Program-made: the position numbers and the translations under genes
Assembly: GCA_044226625.1 (NCBI GenBank)
Contig: JBGAGQ010000043.1
Coordinates: forward strand, 1-52,699
Direction of reading: 5' to 3'
DNA: 52,699 bases
Origin: Thermoanaerobaculia bacterium
GTDB lineage: Bacteria > Acidobacteriota > Thermoanaerobaculia > Multivoradales > UBA5704
Shown: positions 36,588 through 46,030 of the stretch, one piece after another
Numbering within the stretch: the first letter of the stretch is position 1
Layout: every line of letters begins with the position of its first letter
The notes under the pieces: generated by a model
Databases searched by the model: none
What the model was told of the DNA's origin: nothing
The model's input: the letters and a program-made list of their open reading frames with translations, nothing else

Positions 36588-37672
36588 TGGCGAAGAAGCT
36601 CGCCTTCGACAAGGTCCTGTTCGGCGCGGTCGCGCTGCTCGCCGGCTTCGGCCTGGTGATGGTCTATTCGGCGAGCGCGGCGATCGCGCGCGGCCGGTCG
36701 ACGGGGATCAACCCCTTCTTCCTCAAGCAATCGGTCGCCGGGATCCTCGGCCTGATCGCGATGGCGGTCGTGATGCACATCGACTACCGGGTGCTGCGTC
36801 GGATCGAGGTGATCTACGGCCTGCTCGCGAGCGTCGCGCTCCTGCTGATCGCGGTGCTGTTCTCGGGCCATCTGAACGGCACCCAGCGCTGGTTCCTGCT
36901 CGGGCCGATCTCGATCCAGCCCTCGGAGATCGCAAAGCTCGCGCTGATCCCGTTCGCGGCCTACCAGATCTCGAAGAAGCTCGACCGGGTGAACGACCGC
37001 GACCTGCTCCTGCCGATCGCGCTCGGCTGCGGCTTGATCTGCGGCCTGATCCTGATCCAGCCCGATTTCGGCACCGCGGTGCTGCTCGGGAGCACAGTCT
37101 TCTTCCTGCTGTTCCTGGCCGGCCTGTCGTGGCGCTACGTGATCGGCGGCTTCGTGGTCGCTGTGCCGCTGCTCTACGGGCTCGTACTGGCCGTGCCCTA
37201 CCGCCGCGAGCGCTTCTTCGCCTTCCTCGATCCGGAGCGCGATCCGCTCGGCTCGGGATTCCAGGCGCTCCAATCGCTGATCGCGATCGGCTCGGGCGGC
37301 GCCTTCGGGCTCGGCCCGGGGCAGAGCCTGCAGAAGCTCTGGTTCCTGCCGCACCCGGAGTCGGACTTCATCTACGCCATCGTCTGCGAAGAGCTCGGCA
37401 TGGCGGGCGCGCTGTTCGTGATCGCGCTGTTCGGCGTCGTCGCCTGGCGCGGCTATCTCGCCGGGGCGAAGGCTCCGGACGCGTTCGGCCGCTACCTCGC
37501 CTGGGGGTTCACCCTGGTCGTCGTGCTGCAGGCGCTCTTGAACGTCAGCGTGGCGCTCGCGCTGCTGCCGACCAAAGGCATTCCACTCCCCTTCATCTCC
37601 TACGGCGGCTCGTCGCTAGTGGTCACCATGACCGCCTGCGGCGTCCTGCTCAATCTGTCGCAACACGGATGA
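36587..37672 (+). CDS. ftsW: SEDS peptidoglycan polymerase FtsW
   Basis: GLVMVYSAS, RWF, QPSEIAK, QPDFG, LPHPESDFIYA, EELG, LPTKGIPLPFISYGGSS. Confidence 0.96.
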   Translation: MAKKLAFDKVLFGAVALLAGFGLVMVYSASAAIARGRSTGINPFFLKQSVAGILGLIAMAVVMHIDYRVLRRIEVIYGLLASVALLLIAVLFSGHLNGTQRWFLLGPISIQPSEIAKLALIPFAAYQISKKLDRVNDRDLLLPIALGCGLICGLILIQPDFGTAVLLGSTVFFLLFLAGLSWRYVIGGFVVAVPLLYGLVLAVPYRRERFFAFLDPERDPLGSGFQALQSLIAIGSGGAFGLGPGQSLQKLWFLPHPESDFIYAIVCEELGMAGALFVIALFGVVAWRGYLAGAKAPDAFGRYLAWGFTLVVVLQALLNVSVALALLPTKGIPLPFISYGGSSLVVTMTACGVLLNLSQHG

Positions 37673-38847
37673 ACGGGAAGGAACGGGACACGGCCCTGAT
37701 GAGCGACACGACCCCCACCGCGGCGAGCCCCTCGCGCCACGCCCTGCTCGCGGGCGGCGGCACGGGAGGGCACGTCTTCCCGGCGATCGCGGTCGGCCGC
37801 GAGCTCGCGGCGCGCGGCTGGCGGATCAGCTACACCGGCTCCGAAACCGGGCTCGAAGCGCGCCTAGTTCCGAAAGAGGGTTGGCCGTTCCATCCGCTGC
37901 CGGCCAAGGCGTTCCTCGGCCGCGGGGTCGGCGCGAAGCTCTCCGCGTTGGCGACGCTCGCGCGGTCGAGCTTCGCCGCGCGCTCGCTGGTCAAGCGGCT
38001 GGACGTCGACGCCGTGCTCGGCACGGGCGGCTACGCCTCGGCGCCCGCGGTGGTCGGCGCCCGACTCGCCGGGCGGCCGATCGTGCTGCTCGAGCTGAAC
38101 GCCCGCGCCGGCGTCGCCAACCGGGCGCTCGCCCGCTGCGCCACCACCGCGGCGGTCGCGTTCGAGGACACCCGGCGCGATCTCTCCTGCCCCTCGGCGG
38201 TGACCGGCGTCCCCGTGCGCGACGCGTTCTTCGCCGCCCCGAGCGGGCTGCCGGACGGGCCTCCGCGGCTGCTCGTCCTCGGCGGCAGCCAGGGGGCGCG
38301 CCAGGTGAACCGCGCGTTGCCGCAGGCGGCGCCCCGCCTGCTCGCCGCGATCCCCGAGCTCACGATCACGCACCAGGCGGGCGGCAAGAACGTCGACGAG
38401 GCGCTCGCCGCCTATCGCGCCTCGGGCTTGAGCGCGGAACAGCTCGCCCGGGTCGCCGTCGTCCCGTTCATCGAGGACGTGGCGGGCGCCCTTTCGGCGA
38501 GCCATCTGATCGTCTCGCGCGCGGGCGCGGTGACGGTCGCCGAGATCTGTGCCGCCGGACGGCCGGCGCTGTTCCTGCCGCTCACGATCGCCAAGGGTCA
38601 CCAGGTCGAGAACGCCCGCCTGCTCGAACGGGCCGGCGCCGCGGAGGTGCTCGTCGAAGCGGGCGAGAGCCCGGCCGGCGCTTTTTCCGAGCGCCTCGCC
38701 GACCGATTGACCGCCCTGCTCTCCGACTGCGAGACGCTCGCGCGTTATGGAGCGGCGGCGCGCGGGCTCGCGCGGCCGGGCGCCGTCGCGGCGATCGCCG
38801 ACGAGATCGAGAAGGTCGCGCGAACCGGCGCGGGAGGGGCGCGATGA
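37669..38847 (+). CDS. murG: Lipid II GlcNAc transferase
   Basis: GGGTGGHVFP, GTGGYAS, GGSQGA, SRAGA, HQVENA. Alternative start at 37699. Confidence 0.95.
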   Translation: MNGKERDTALMSDTTPTAASPSRHALLAGGGTGGHVFPAIAVGRELAARGWRISYTGSETGLEARLVPKEGWPFHPLPAKAFLGRGVGAKLSALATLARSSFAARSLVKRLDVDAVLGTGGYASAPAVVGARLAGRPIVLLELNARAGVANRALARCATTAAVAFEDTRRDLSCPSAVTGVPVRDAFFAAPSGLPDGPPRLLVLGGSQGARQVNRALPQAAPRLLAAIPELTITHQAGGKNVDEALAAYRASGLSAEQLARVAVVPFIEDVAGALSASHLIVSRAGAVTVAEICAAGRPALFLPLTIAKGHQVENARLLERAGAAEVLVEAGESPAGAFSERLADRLTALLSDCETLARYGAAARGLARPGAVAAIADEIEKVARTGAGGAR

Positions 38848-40247
38848 GCTTCGCCCAGTTCGCCGACCTCGCGCGCATCCATTTCGTCGGCATCGGCGGC
38901 GCCGGCATGAGCGGCATCGCCGAGATCCTGCTCGAGTACGACCTCGAGGTTTCGGGGAGCGACCAGGCGGGCTCGGAAGCGACCGAGCGCCTCGCCTCGC
39001 TCGGCGCCACGATCCGGATCGGCCACGCGGCCGAAAACGTCGAGCGCGCCGACGTGGTCGTGGTCTCGTCCGCGGTTCCGGAAGCGAACCCGGAGATCCG
39101 CGAAGCGCGCCGCCGCGGCATCCCCGTGGTGCGCCGCGCCGAGATGCTCGCCGAGCTGATGCGGCTGAAGTACGGCCTCGCGATCGCCGGCACCCACGGC
39201 AAGACGACCACCACGTCGCTCGTCGGCCACGTGCTCACCGAGGCGGGGCTCGATCCGACGGTCATCGTCGGCGGCCGGGTGCGCGTGCTCGGCACGGGCG
39301 CGCGGCTCGGCCACAGCCAGTACCTGGTCGCCGAAGCCGACGAGTTCGACCGCAGCTTCCTCACGCTCGCGCCGATCGTCGCCGTGCTCACGAACATCGA
39401 CCGCGACCACCTGGACACCTACGGCACGATGGAGGCGATTCTCGACGCGTTCGTCGCCTTCGCGAACCGCGTGCCGTTCTTCGGCCGGGTGCTCGTCTGC
39501 CTCGACGATCCGAACGTCCAGACCATCCTGCCGCGGATCGCCGAACGGCGCATCGTCACCTACGGCCTCGCGCCGCAGGCCGATCTGGCCGCCGTCGACC
39601 TCGAGGCGACCCCGGCGGGCGTGCGCTTCGGCGTGCGCAGTCGCGAGCGCGGATTCCTCGGCACGATCGAGCTGCCGATGCCCGGCCGCCACAACGTGAG
39701 GAACGCCCTCGCCGCGATCGGCATCGGCCTCGTGCTGCGGCTCGAGTTCAGCGCGATCGCCGCGGCGCTCGCGACCTTCAAGGGGGTTCACCGCCGGTTC
39801 GAGACGCTCGGCACCTGGCGTGGTGCCACGGTGGTCGACGACTACGCGCACCACCCGACGGAGGTGCGCGCGACGCTCGAAGCCGCGCGCCAGAGCTTCC
39901 CGCGCGGCAAGGTCCACGCGGTGTTCCAGCCGCATCTGTTCTCGCGCACCCAGGATCAGGCCGAGGCGTTCGGCCGCGCCCTGCTCGGCGCCGACCGGGC
40001 GGTGGTGACCGACGTCTATCCGTCGCGCGAACAGCCGATCCCGGGGGTTACCGGCGAGCTGGTGGTCGACCAGGCGACGAAGAGCGGGCATCGCAACGTC
40101 GTCTATTGCCCCTCCTGGCGCGACGCGCCGGCCCTGCTCGCGCCCCAGGTCGCGCCGGGCGACCTGGTGATCACCCTCGGCGCGGGCGACGTCTACAAGC
40201 TGGGGCGCGCGCTGGTCGAAGAGTCGAGCTCGGAGGTGCCGCGATGA
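38844..40247 (+). CDS. murC: UDP-MurNAc:L-Ala ligase
   Basis: HFVGIGGAGMSGIA, RRAEMLAELM, GTHGKTTT, EADEFD, DDYAHHPTE, FQPH. Confidence 0.98.
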   Translation: MSFAQFADLARIHFVGIGGAGMSGIAEILLEYDLEVSGSDQAGSEATERLASLGATIRIGHAAENVERADVVVVSSAVPEANPEIREARRRGIPVVRRAEMLAELMRLKYGLAIAGTHGKTTTTSLVGHVLTEAGLDPTVIVGGRVRVLGTGARLGHSQYLVAEADEFDRSFLTLAPIVAVLTNIDRDHLDTYGTMEAILDAFVAFANRVPFFGRVLVCLDDPNVQTILPRIAERRIVTYGLAPQADLAAVDLEATPAGVRFGVRSRERGFLGTIELPMPGRHNVRNALAAIGIGLVLRLEFSAIAAALATFKGVHRRFETLGTWRGATVVDDYAHHPTEVRATLEAARQSFPRGKVHAVFQPHLFSRTQDQAEAFGRALLGADRAVVTDVYPSREQPIPGVTGELVVDQATKSGHRNVVYCPSWRDAPALLAPQVAPGDLVITLGAGDVYKLGRALVEESSSEVPR

Positions 40248-41197
40248 GGCACGACGGAACCGGCGTTCCGAGCCATCCGAGCCATTCCAGCCCCATCGGC
40301 ATGGAGGGCGAAGGAGCCGGACCCGGCGCCACCGTGATCCCGTTCCGGCGCGCCCAAGGGCCGCCGAAGCGGAAGAAGCGGAGCCTCTGGCGCAAGCTCC
40401 TCCGGCCGTTCGGCTCGGCGCTCGCGATCCTCGGCGCACCGCTCCTGCTCGCGCTCTGGGTCGCCACCGCGCCGCAGTTCGCGCTCGCCGAGATCTCGGT
40501 CGAAGGGGGCAGCCGCGTGAGCGAGGCCTGGATCCGCGGCCGGCTCGCGCCGCTGGTCGGCCGGAACCTCCCGTTGCTGCCGCTCGCGACCGCGGCCGAG
40601 CGCCTCTCGGTCCATCCGTGGGTCGCCTCGCTCGAGATCGGCAAGGACCTGCCGCGGCGGCTCACGGTCCGGGTGACCGAGAAGAAGCCGGCGGTCTTCC
40701 TGCGCAGCGGCGGCCGGCTCTATTGGGCCGACGCCGCGGGCGTCCTGATCGCGCCGCTTTCCGCGCGCGAGACCGCCGACGAGATGGCTCGCGAGCGGTC
40801 GCTCGCGGATTCGAGCTCCGGGGCTCCCGGCGGGTTTCTGGTCGTGAGCTTCGCCACGCCGACTCCCCACGGCGTCGCCCGCGCGCTCGGCGTGGCGGAC
40901 GAGCTCCGGCGGGCCAACGCCGCTTGGGCGAGCCGCCTCACCGAGATCGAGGTGTTGGGAGAGGAAGATTTCCGTCTGCGCATCGGCACCCTGCCCTATC
41001 CGGTGCTGGTGCGCGACGGTGACGTGATCGACAAAGTCCACCGGTTGGAGGCGCTGCTCCCCCGGCTCGCCGAGCGTTACCCGACGCTCGCCGCCGTGGA
41101 TCTCCGCTTCTCCCACCGGATCGTGGTGCAACCCGCGGCGGAAAGCGCGTCGGCCGGCGCGCGCTCCGAAGATGCCGCTTCGAGATTGGCAAGCTAA
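40244..41197 (+). CDS. ftsQ: Cell division protein FtsQ/DivIB
   Basis: Basic cytoplasmic N-terminus, one TM, POTRA domain (PWVASLEIGKDLPRRLTVRVTE), C-terminal VDLRFSHRIVV; located before ftsA. Confidence 0.88.
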   Translation: MRHDGTGVPSHPSHSSPIGMEGEGAGPGATVIPFRRAQGPPKRKKRSLWRKLLRPFGSALAILGAPLLLALWVATAPQFALAEISVEGGSRVSEAWIRGRLAPLVGRNLPLLPLATAAERLSVHPWVASLEIGKDLPRRLTVRVTEKKPAVFLRSGGRLYWADAAGVLIAPLSARETADEMARERSLADSSSGAPGGFLVVSFATPTPHGVARALGVADELRRANAAWASRLTEIEVLGEEDFRLRIGTLPYPVLVRDGDVIDKVHRLEALLPRLAERYPTLAAVDLRFSHRIVVQPAAESASAGARSEDAASRLAS

Positions 41198-41209
41198 AGG
41201 GTCGGGCCT

Positions 41210-42454
41210 ATGGCGAAACCGGAACCGTATTACGTAGCGATCGACATCGGGTCGTCCAAGGTGGGCGTGCTGATCGGCCAGCGGGACGCCAAGGGCGGCC
41301 TCGAGGTCGTGGGCAAAGGCCTCGCGCCGAACCGCGGCACCCGCAAAGGCAACATCGTCAACGTCGAGGCGACCGTCGAAGCGCTCAAGAGCGCGAGCGA
41401 GGAGGCCGAGGTGATGGCCGGCCAGGAGATCTCGCGCGCGTACGTCGGCATCTCGGGCGCCGACATCCGGAGCGTCAACTCGCGCGGCATGGTCTCGGTG
41501 GCGCGCAAGGACCGCGAGATCGCGCGCCCCGACATCCAGCGCGTCCTCGACGCCGCGAAATCGGCGGCGCTGCCGTCGGACCGCGAGATCCTGCACGCGA
41601 TTCCGCAGGAGTTCCTGGTCGACGAGCAGGGGGGCATCGGCGATCCGCTCGGCATGCTCGGCAGCCGGCTCGAGGTGATGGTCCACCTGGTGACCGGCAA
41701 CGTCACCCGCTCGAAGACCCTGCTCACCTGCGTCAACCGCGCGGGGATCGAAGTGATCGAGATGGTCTTCGAGCCGCTCGCGACCGCCGAGGCCGTGCTC
41801 ACGCCCGACGAGCGCGAGCTCGGCTCGCTCCTGATCGACGTCGGCGCGGGCACCACCGAGTACGCCCTGTTCGCCGACGGCGAGATCCAGTACAGCGCGG
41901 TCGCGCCGATCGGCGCCGGCCACTTCACGAATGACCTCGCGATGGTCCTGCGCACGCCTTTTGCCGAGGCCGAGAAGATCAAGACCAAACACGGCTGCTG
42001 CATGGCGAGCATGGTCAACGACGACGAGGGGATCTCGGTCCCGACGGTCGCCGGCGGCTCCTCGCGCGTGGTGCCGCGCCGCGAGCTGTGCGAGATCCTC
42101 CAGCCGCGCGCCGAGGAGCTGTTCGGTCTCCTGCGCGAGGATCTGATGCGCCACACCTCGGAGGACAGCCTGCGCGGCGGAATCGTGCTCACCGGCGGTG
42201 GCGCGCAGCTCGACGGGCTCCTCGAGCTCACCGAGCAGATGTTCGACGCGGGAGTGCGCTACGGTCTGCCGCGCGGCCTCGGCGGACTGGTCGACGTAAT
42301 CAGCAACCCGAGCTGGTCGACCGCCTCGGGTCTCCTGCTCTACGGCCTCGCGGCCGAGGAATCGCGGCAGGGCAAAGCGCTCAAGAAGAAGCAGGGCTGG
42401 AGCGTGCGCGGCATGGTGGGCAGCCTGCGCGGCATGTTCTCGGACCTGCTCTAG
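41210..42454 (+). CDS. ftsA: Cell division protein FtsA
   Basis: IDIGSSKV, DVGAGTT, AEKIK, GIVLTGGGAQL, C-terminal amphipathic helix (LRGMFSDLL). Confidence 0.97.
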   Translation: MAKPEPYYVAIDIGSSKVGVLIGQRDAKGGLEVVGKGLAPNRGTRKGNIVNVEATVEALKSASEEAEVMAGQEISRAYVGISGADIRSVNSRGMVSVARKDREIARPDIQRVLDAAKSAALPSDREILHAIPQEFLVDEQGGIGDPLGMLGSRLEVMVHLVTGNVTRSKTLLTCVNRAGIEVIEMVFEPLATAEAVLTPDERELGSLLIDVGAGTTEYALFADGEIQYSAVAPIGAGHFTNDLAMVLRTPFAEAEKIKTKHGCCMASMVNDDEGISVPTVAGGSSRVVPRRELCEILQPRAEELFGLLREDLMRHTSEDSLRGGIVLTGGGAQLDGLLELTEQMFDAGVRYGLPRGLGGLVDVISNPSWSTASGLLLYGLAAEESRQGKALKKKQGWSVRGMVGSLRGMFSDLL

Positions 42455-42512
42455 GGATTTTGACTTCGCATCGAAGGACGAACGTAGCGGAATACGAACA
42501 AGGGGGTAACGC

Positions 42513-43805
42513 ATGATTCTCTTCGACGACCAGGAGGCAGCGAACGACGAGCTCGAGCCGATCGTGATGCCGAGCCTCGACGTCGTACCCGCCCGGATCA
42601 AAGTCATCGGCGTGGGCGGCGGCGGGGGCAACGCGGTCAACCGGATGATCGACGCCAATCTGCGCGGCATCGAGTTCGTGGCCGCGAACACCGACCTGCA
42701 AGCGCTCGCCAAGTGCCGCGCCCGGACCAAGATCCAGCTCGGAACGCTCTTGACCAAAGGGCTCGGCGCGGGTGCCGATCCCGAGATCGGCCGCAAGTCC
42801 GCGCTCGAGGACACCGAACGGATCCTCGAGGTGCTCGACGGCGCCGACATGGTGTTTCTCACCGCCGGCCTCGGCGGCGGCACGGGGACCGGCGCGGTGC
42901 CGATCCTCGCCTCGCTCGCGTCCGAGATCGGCGCGCTCACCGTCGCCATCGTGACCAAGCCGTTCGGCTTCGAAGGCCGGCGGCGCATGCAGCTCGCGGA
43001 GCGGGGCGTCGAGGAGCTGCGCGCCTCGGTCGACACGCTGATCACGATCCCGAACGAGCGTCTGCTGAGCTTCGTCGAGCGCGGCACGCCGCTCACCGAG
43101 GCGTTCCGCATCGCCGACGACGTGCTGCGCCAGGCGGTCCAGGGCATCAGCGACCTGATCACCGTGCCGGGTGAGATCAACGTCGACTTCGCCGACGTGC
43201 GGACGATCATGACCGGCATGGGCATGGCGCTCATGGGCACAGGCGTCGCCCGCGGCGAGAGCCGGGCGATCGAGTCGGCGCAGCGCGCGGTCTCCTCGCC
43301 GCTGCTCGAAGAGACCTCGGTCCAGGGCGCGAAGGGCGTGCTGATCAACATCACCGGCGGCCACGACCTCACGCTCCACGAGGTCAACGAGGCGGCGAAG
43401 ATCATCCAGGAGTCGGTCGATCCGGACGCCAACATCATCACCGGCATGGTGATCGACCCGGCGCTCGACGACGCGATGAAGGTGACGGTGATCGCGACCG
43501 GCTTCGACCGGATCGAGGGCACGCGGGCGCGCGCCGTCTCGGCCCTCACCGCCCCTCGGCCGATCGCGGTGGCCCCCGCGGTCCAAGGCTTCGCGCCGGT
43601 CGCCGCCGTCTCGAGCGTGCCGATGCCGAGCCTCGCCGCGGCACCGATCTTCGAGAAGCCGGAGCCGGAGCCCGAGCTCGACGTGCCGTTCTACCGCAAG
43701 GTGATCGCGCAGGGCCGCGGTGAAGATCCGGGCGGCTTCGGCCCGAACTGGTCGAACGTCGACGACTACGACATCCCGACGGTCCTGCGCAAACAGATGG
43801 ACTGA
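42513..43805 (+). CDS. ftsZ: Cell division protein FtsZ
   Basis: [47 protein letters not shown]-terminal [11 protein letters not shown]. Confidence 0.99.
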   Translation: MILFDDQEAANDELEPIVMPSLDVVPARIKVIGVGGGGGNAVNRMIDANLRGIEFVAANTDLQALAKCRARTKIQLGTLLTKGLGAGADPEIGRKSALEDTERILEVLDGADMVFLTAGLGGGTGTGAVPILASLASEIGALTVAIVTKPFGFEGRRRMQLAERGVEELRASVDTLITIPNERLLSFVERGTPLTEAFRIADDVLRQAVQGISDLITVPGEINVDFADVRTIMTGMGMALMGTGVARGESRAIESAQRAVSSPLLEETSVQGAKGVLINITGGHDLTLHEVNEAAKIIQESVDPDANIITGMVIDPALDDAMKVTVIATGFDRIEGTRARAVSALTAPRPIAVAPAVQGFAPVAAVSSVPMPSLAAAPIFEKPEPEPELDVPFYRKVIAQGRGEDPGGFGPNWSNVDDYDIPTVLRKQMD

Positions 43806-43837
43806 TCGCCGGACCCGTAGGAGCTTTTGCAGGACGG

Positions 43838-43889
43838 CACCCGCTCCCTCTCCGGCCTTAACCCCCTTGGGGCCGGAGAGGGTCGGGTG
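43838..43889. terminator. GC-rich hairpin after ftsZ (terminator or REP-like element)
   Basis: CCCTCTCCGGCC (43846-43857) pairs with GGCCGGAGAGGG (43871-43882), extended by CACCCG/CGGGTG. No clean U-tract. Confidence 0.5.
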
Positions 43890-44023
43890 TCGGTTGTATC
43901 CCGAGGTACCCGTCGTACCCCTTTTCTTACCCCATCTCGGCCCGCGACCTTCGTTCCCCATTCCGGTGGAACCGTTCCATTCTTGGAAACGCGACGGGTG
44001 GAGAGTTCCGATATAGTTCACCC

Positions 44024-45808
44024 ATGAAACTCCTCTACTCGTACCTCCGCCGCTACTGGGGGCTCGTCACGCTCGCCCTGGTGCTCGCGGCGATCAACCA
44101 GGTCTTTTCCCTGCTCGATCCGCTGATCTTCCGCCACGTCATCGACGAGTACGCGACCCGCTACAGCGAGTACACGACCGAGCAGTTCTTCCGCGGTGTC
44201 TCGCTCCTGCTCGCCGCGGCGGTCGGGGTCGCGTTCGTCTCCCGGGTGGCGAAGAACTTCCAGGACTATTTCGTCAACGTGATCACCCAGCGGGTCGGCG
44301 CCGAGCTCTATTCGGACGGCGTCCGGCATTCGCTCGAGCTTCCGTACGCCCAGTTCGAAGACCAGCGGAGCGGCGAGACGCTCGGACGACTCCAGAAGGT
44401 TCGCGCGGACGTCGAAAAGCTGATCGCGATCGCCGTCAATCTGCTATTCACCACCCTCGTCGGCGTCGTGTTCGTGATGATCTACGCCTTCAGCGTCCAC
44501 TGGATCATCGCGCCGGTCTACCTGCTCACCGTGCCGCTGATCGGGCTGCTCAGCTCGGTCCTGTCGAAGCGGATCAAGAAGATCCAGAAGGTGATCGTCG
44601 CCGAGACCACCGCACTCGCGGGGTCGACCACGGAATCGCTGCGCAACATCGAGCTGGTCAAAAGCCTCGGCCTCGCGCGCCAGGAGATCGGCCGGCTGAA
44701 CGCGACGACCGCGAAGATCCTCAAGCTGGAGCTCAAGAAGATCAAATCGCTCCGCCTCCTGAGCTTCATCCAGGGGACGATGGTGAACGCCCTCCGGACC
44801 TCGATCCTGTTCCTGATGCTCTATCTGATCTTCACCCGTCAGATCACGGTCGGCCAGTTCTTCTCGCTCTTCATCTACTCGTTCTTCATCTTCGGCCCGC
44901 TCCAGGAGCTGGGCACGGTGATCAACACCTACCGCGAGACCGAGGCGTCGCTCGAGGTCTTCCAGGGGGTCCTCGCGACCCCGGTCGAGCCGAAGCCCGA
45001 GCATCCCGTGGCGCTTGGCGAGCTTTCGACGCTCGACTTCGACCACGTGGGGTTCACCCACCAGACCGCTTCGGCACCGGCGCTTTCCGACGTCTCGTTC
45101 TCGCTCCGCCAAGGGGAAACCGTGGCGTTCGTCGGGCCCTCCGGCTCGGGCAAAACGACGTTGGTGAAGCTGCTCGTCGGCCTCTACACCCCGGCCGCGG
45201 GCAAGGTCCTCTACAACGGCAAGACCGGCACCGACATCGATCTCGACGAGCTGCGCTCGCAGATCGGCTTCGTCACCCAAGACACCCAGCTCTTCTCGGG
45301 CTCGATCCGCGAGAACCTCGTCTTCGTAAACCCCGAGGCGACCGACGCGGAGTGCCTCGAGGTCCTCGACAAGGCGGCCTGCGAGAGCCTGCTCGCCCGA
45401 GCCGACCGCGGCCTCGACACGGTGATCGGCGAAGGCGGCGTGAAGGTCTCGGGCGGCGAAAAGCAGCGCCTGTCGATCGCCCGCGCCCTGCTCCGCCGGC
45501 CGCGCCTGCTCGTCTTCGACGAGGCGACCTCGTCGCTCGACTCGCTCACCGAAGAGGAGATCACCGACACGATCCGCGAGGTGGCCTCGAGCCAGGTGAT
45601 CACGATTCTGATCGCCCACCGGCTCTCGACCGTCCTCCACGCCGACCGCATCCACGTCCTCGAGCAGGGCCGCATCGTCGAATCCGGCCGCCACGACGAG
45701 CTACTCGCCCAGAAGGGGCTCTACTTCGCGATGTGGCGCCAACAGATCGGCGAGCGGCGGCCGACGCTGGTTCCGCCACCCCGGCCGGCGCTGGCTGCGG
45801 CGAGCTGA
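44024..45808 (+). CDS. ABC exporter, fused permease/ATPase (MsbA/Atm1-like)
   Basis: About 6 N-terminal TMs. Walker A GPSGSGKT, Q-loop VTQD, signature VSGGEKQR, Walker B LLVFDEATSSLD, H-loop IAHRLST. Confidence 0.95.
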   Translation: MKLLYSYLRRYWGLVTLALVLAAINQVFSLLDPLIFRHVIDEYATRYSEYTTEQFFRGVSLLLAAAVGVAFVSRVAKNFQDYFVNVITQRVGAELYSDGVRHSLELPYAQFEDQRSGETLGRLQKVRADVEKLIAIAVNLLFTTLVGVVFVMIYAFSVHWIIAPVYLLTVPLIGLLSSVLSKRIKKIQKVIVAETTALAGSTTESLRNIELVKSLGLARQEIGRLNATTAKILKLELKKIKSLRLLSFIQGTMVNALRTSILFLMLYLIFTRQITVGQFFSLFIYSFFIFGPLQELGTVINTYRETEASLEVFQGVLATPVEPKPEHPVALGELSTLDFDHVGFTHQTASAPALSDVSFSLRQGETVAFVGPSGSGKTTLVKLLVGLYTPAAGKVLYNGKTGTDIDLDELRSQIGFVTQDTQLFSGSIRENLVFVNPEATDAECLEVLDKAACESLLARADRGLDTVIGEGGVKVSGGEKQRLSIARALLRRPRLLVFDEATSSLDSLTEEEITDTIREVASSQVITILIAHRLSTVLHADRIHVLEQGRIVESGRHDELLAQKGLYFAMWRQQIGERRPTLVPPPRPALAAAS

Positions 45809-45848
45809 GCACCGAATTTTTCACCGTCGTTCCGCCGGAACCGCACCG

Positions 45849-45999
45849 CCCCCACCTCGATCCTCCCCCGCAAGCGGGGGAGGAAGCCCGCCCGCCACCC
45901 ATACGCCCTTACGTCTGCACCTTCCCGGCGCTCTCCATTCCTACGCCCTCTCGGCGCAGGGTCCCTCCCCCCGCTCGCGGGGGGAGGTCAGGAGGGGGG
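45849..45999. repeat. Inverted pair of REP-like palindromic elements
   Basis: TCCTCCCCCGC-AA-GCGGGGGAGGA (45861-45884) and CCTCCCCCCGC-TC-GCGGGGGGAGG (45964-45987). The flanks CCCCCACCTCGA and TCAGGAGGGGG make the two units near reverse complements of each other. Lies between convergent genes. Confidence 0.75.
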
Positions 46000-46030
46000 C
46001 TCCGGCTCTCGCCGTCCCCGCGTCGAGCGA

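Noticed and set aside
40193-43549. 1118-aa antisense ORF across ftsQ-ftsA-ftsZ, and similar long antisense ORFs (937-2700, 22049-23938, 31180-33426, 49652-52063)
   Set aside because: These are shadow ORFs typical of high-GC coding DNA, with no motifs and fully overlapping well-supported genes.
43896-43933. Short (G/T)TACCC-like repeats upstream of the ABC exporter
   Set aside because: Only four 6-7-bp copies with irregular spacing (10, 9, 12); too weak to call a binding site.
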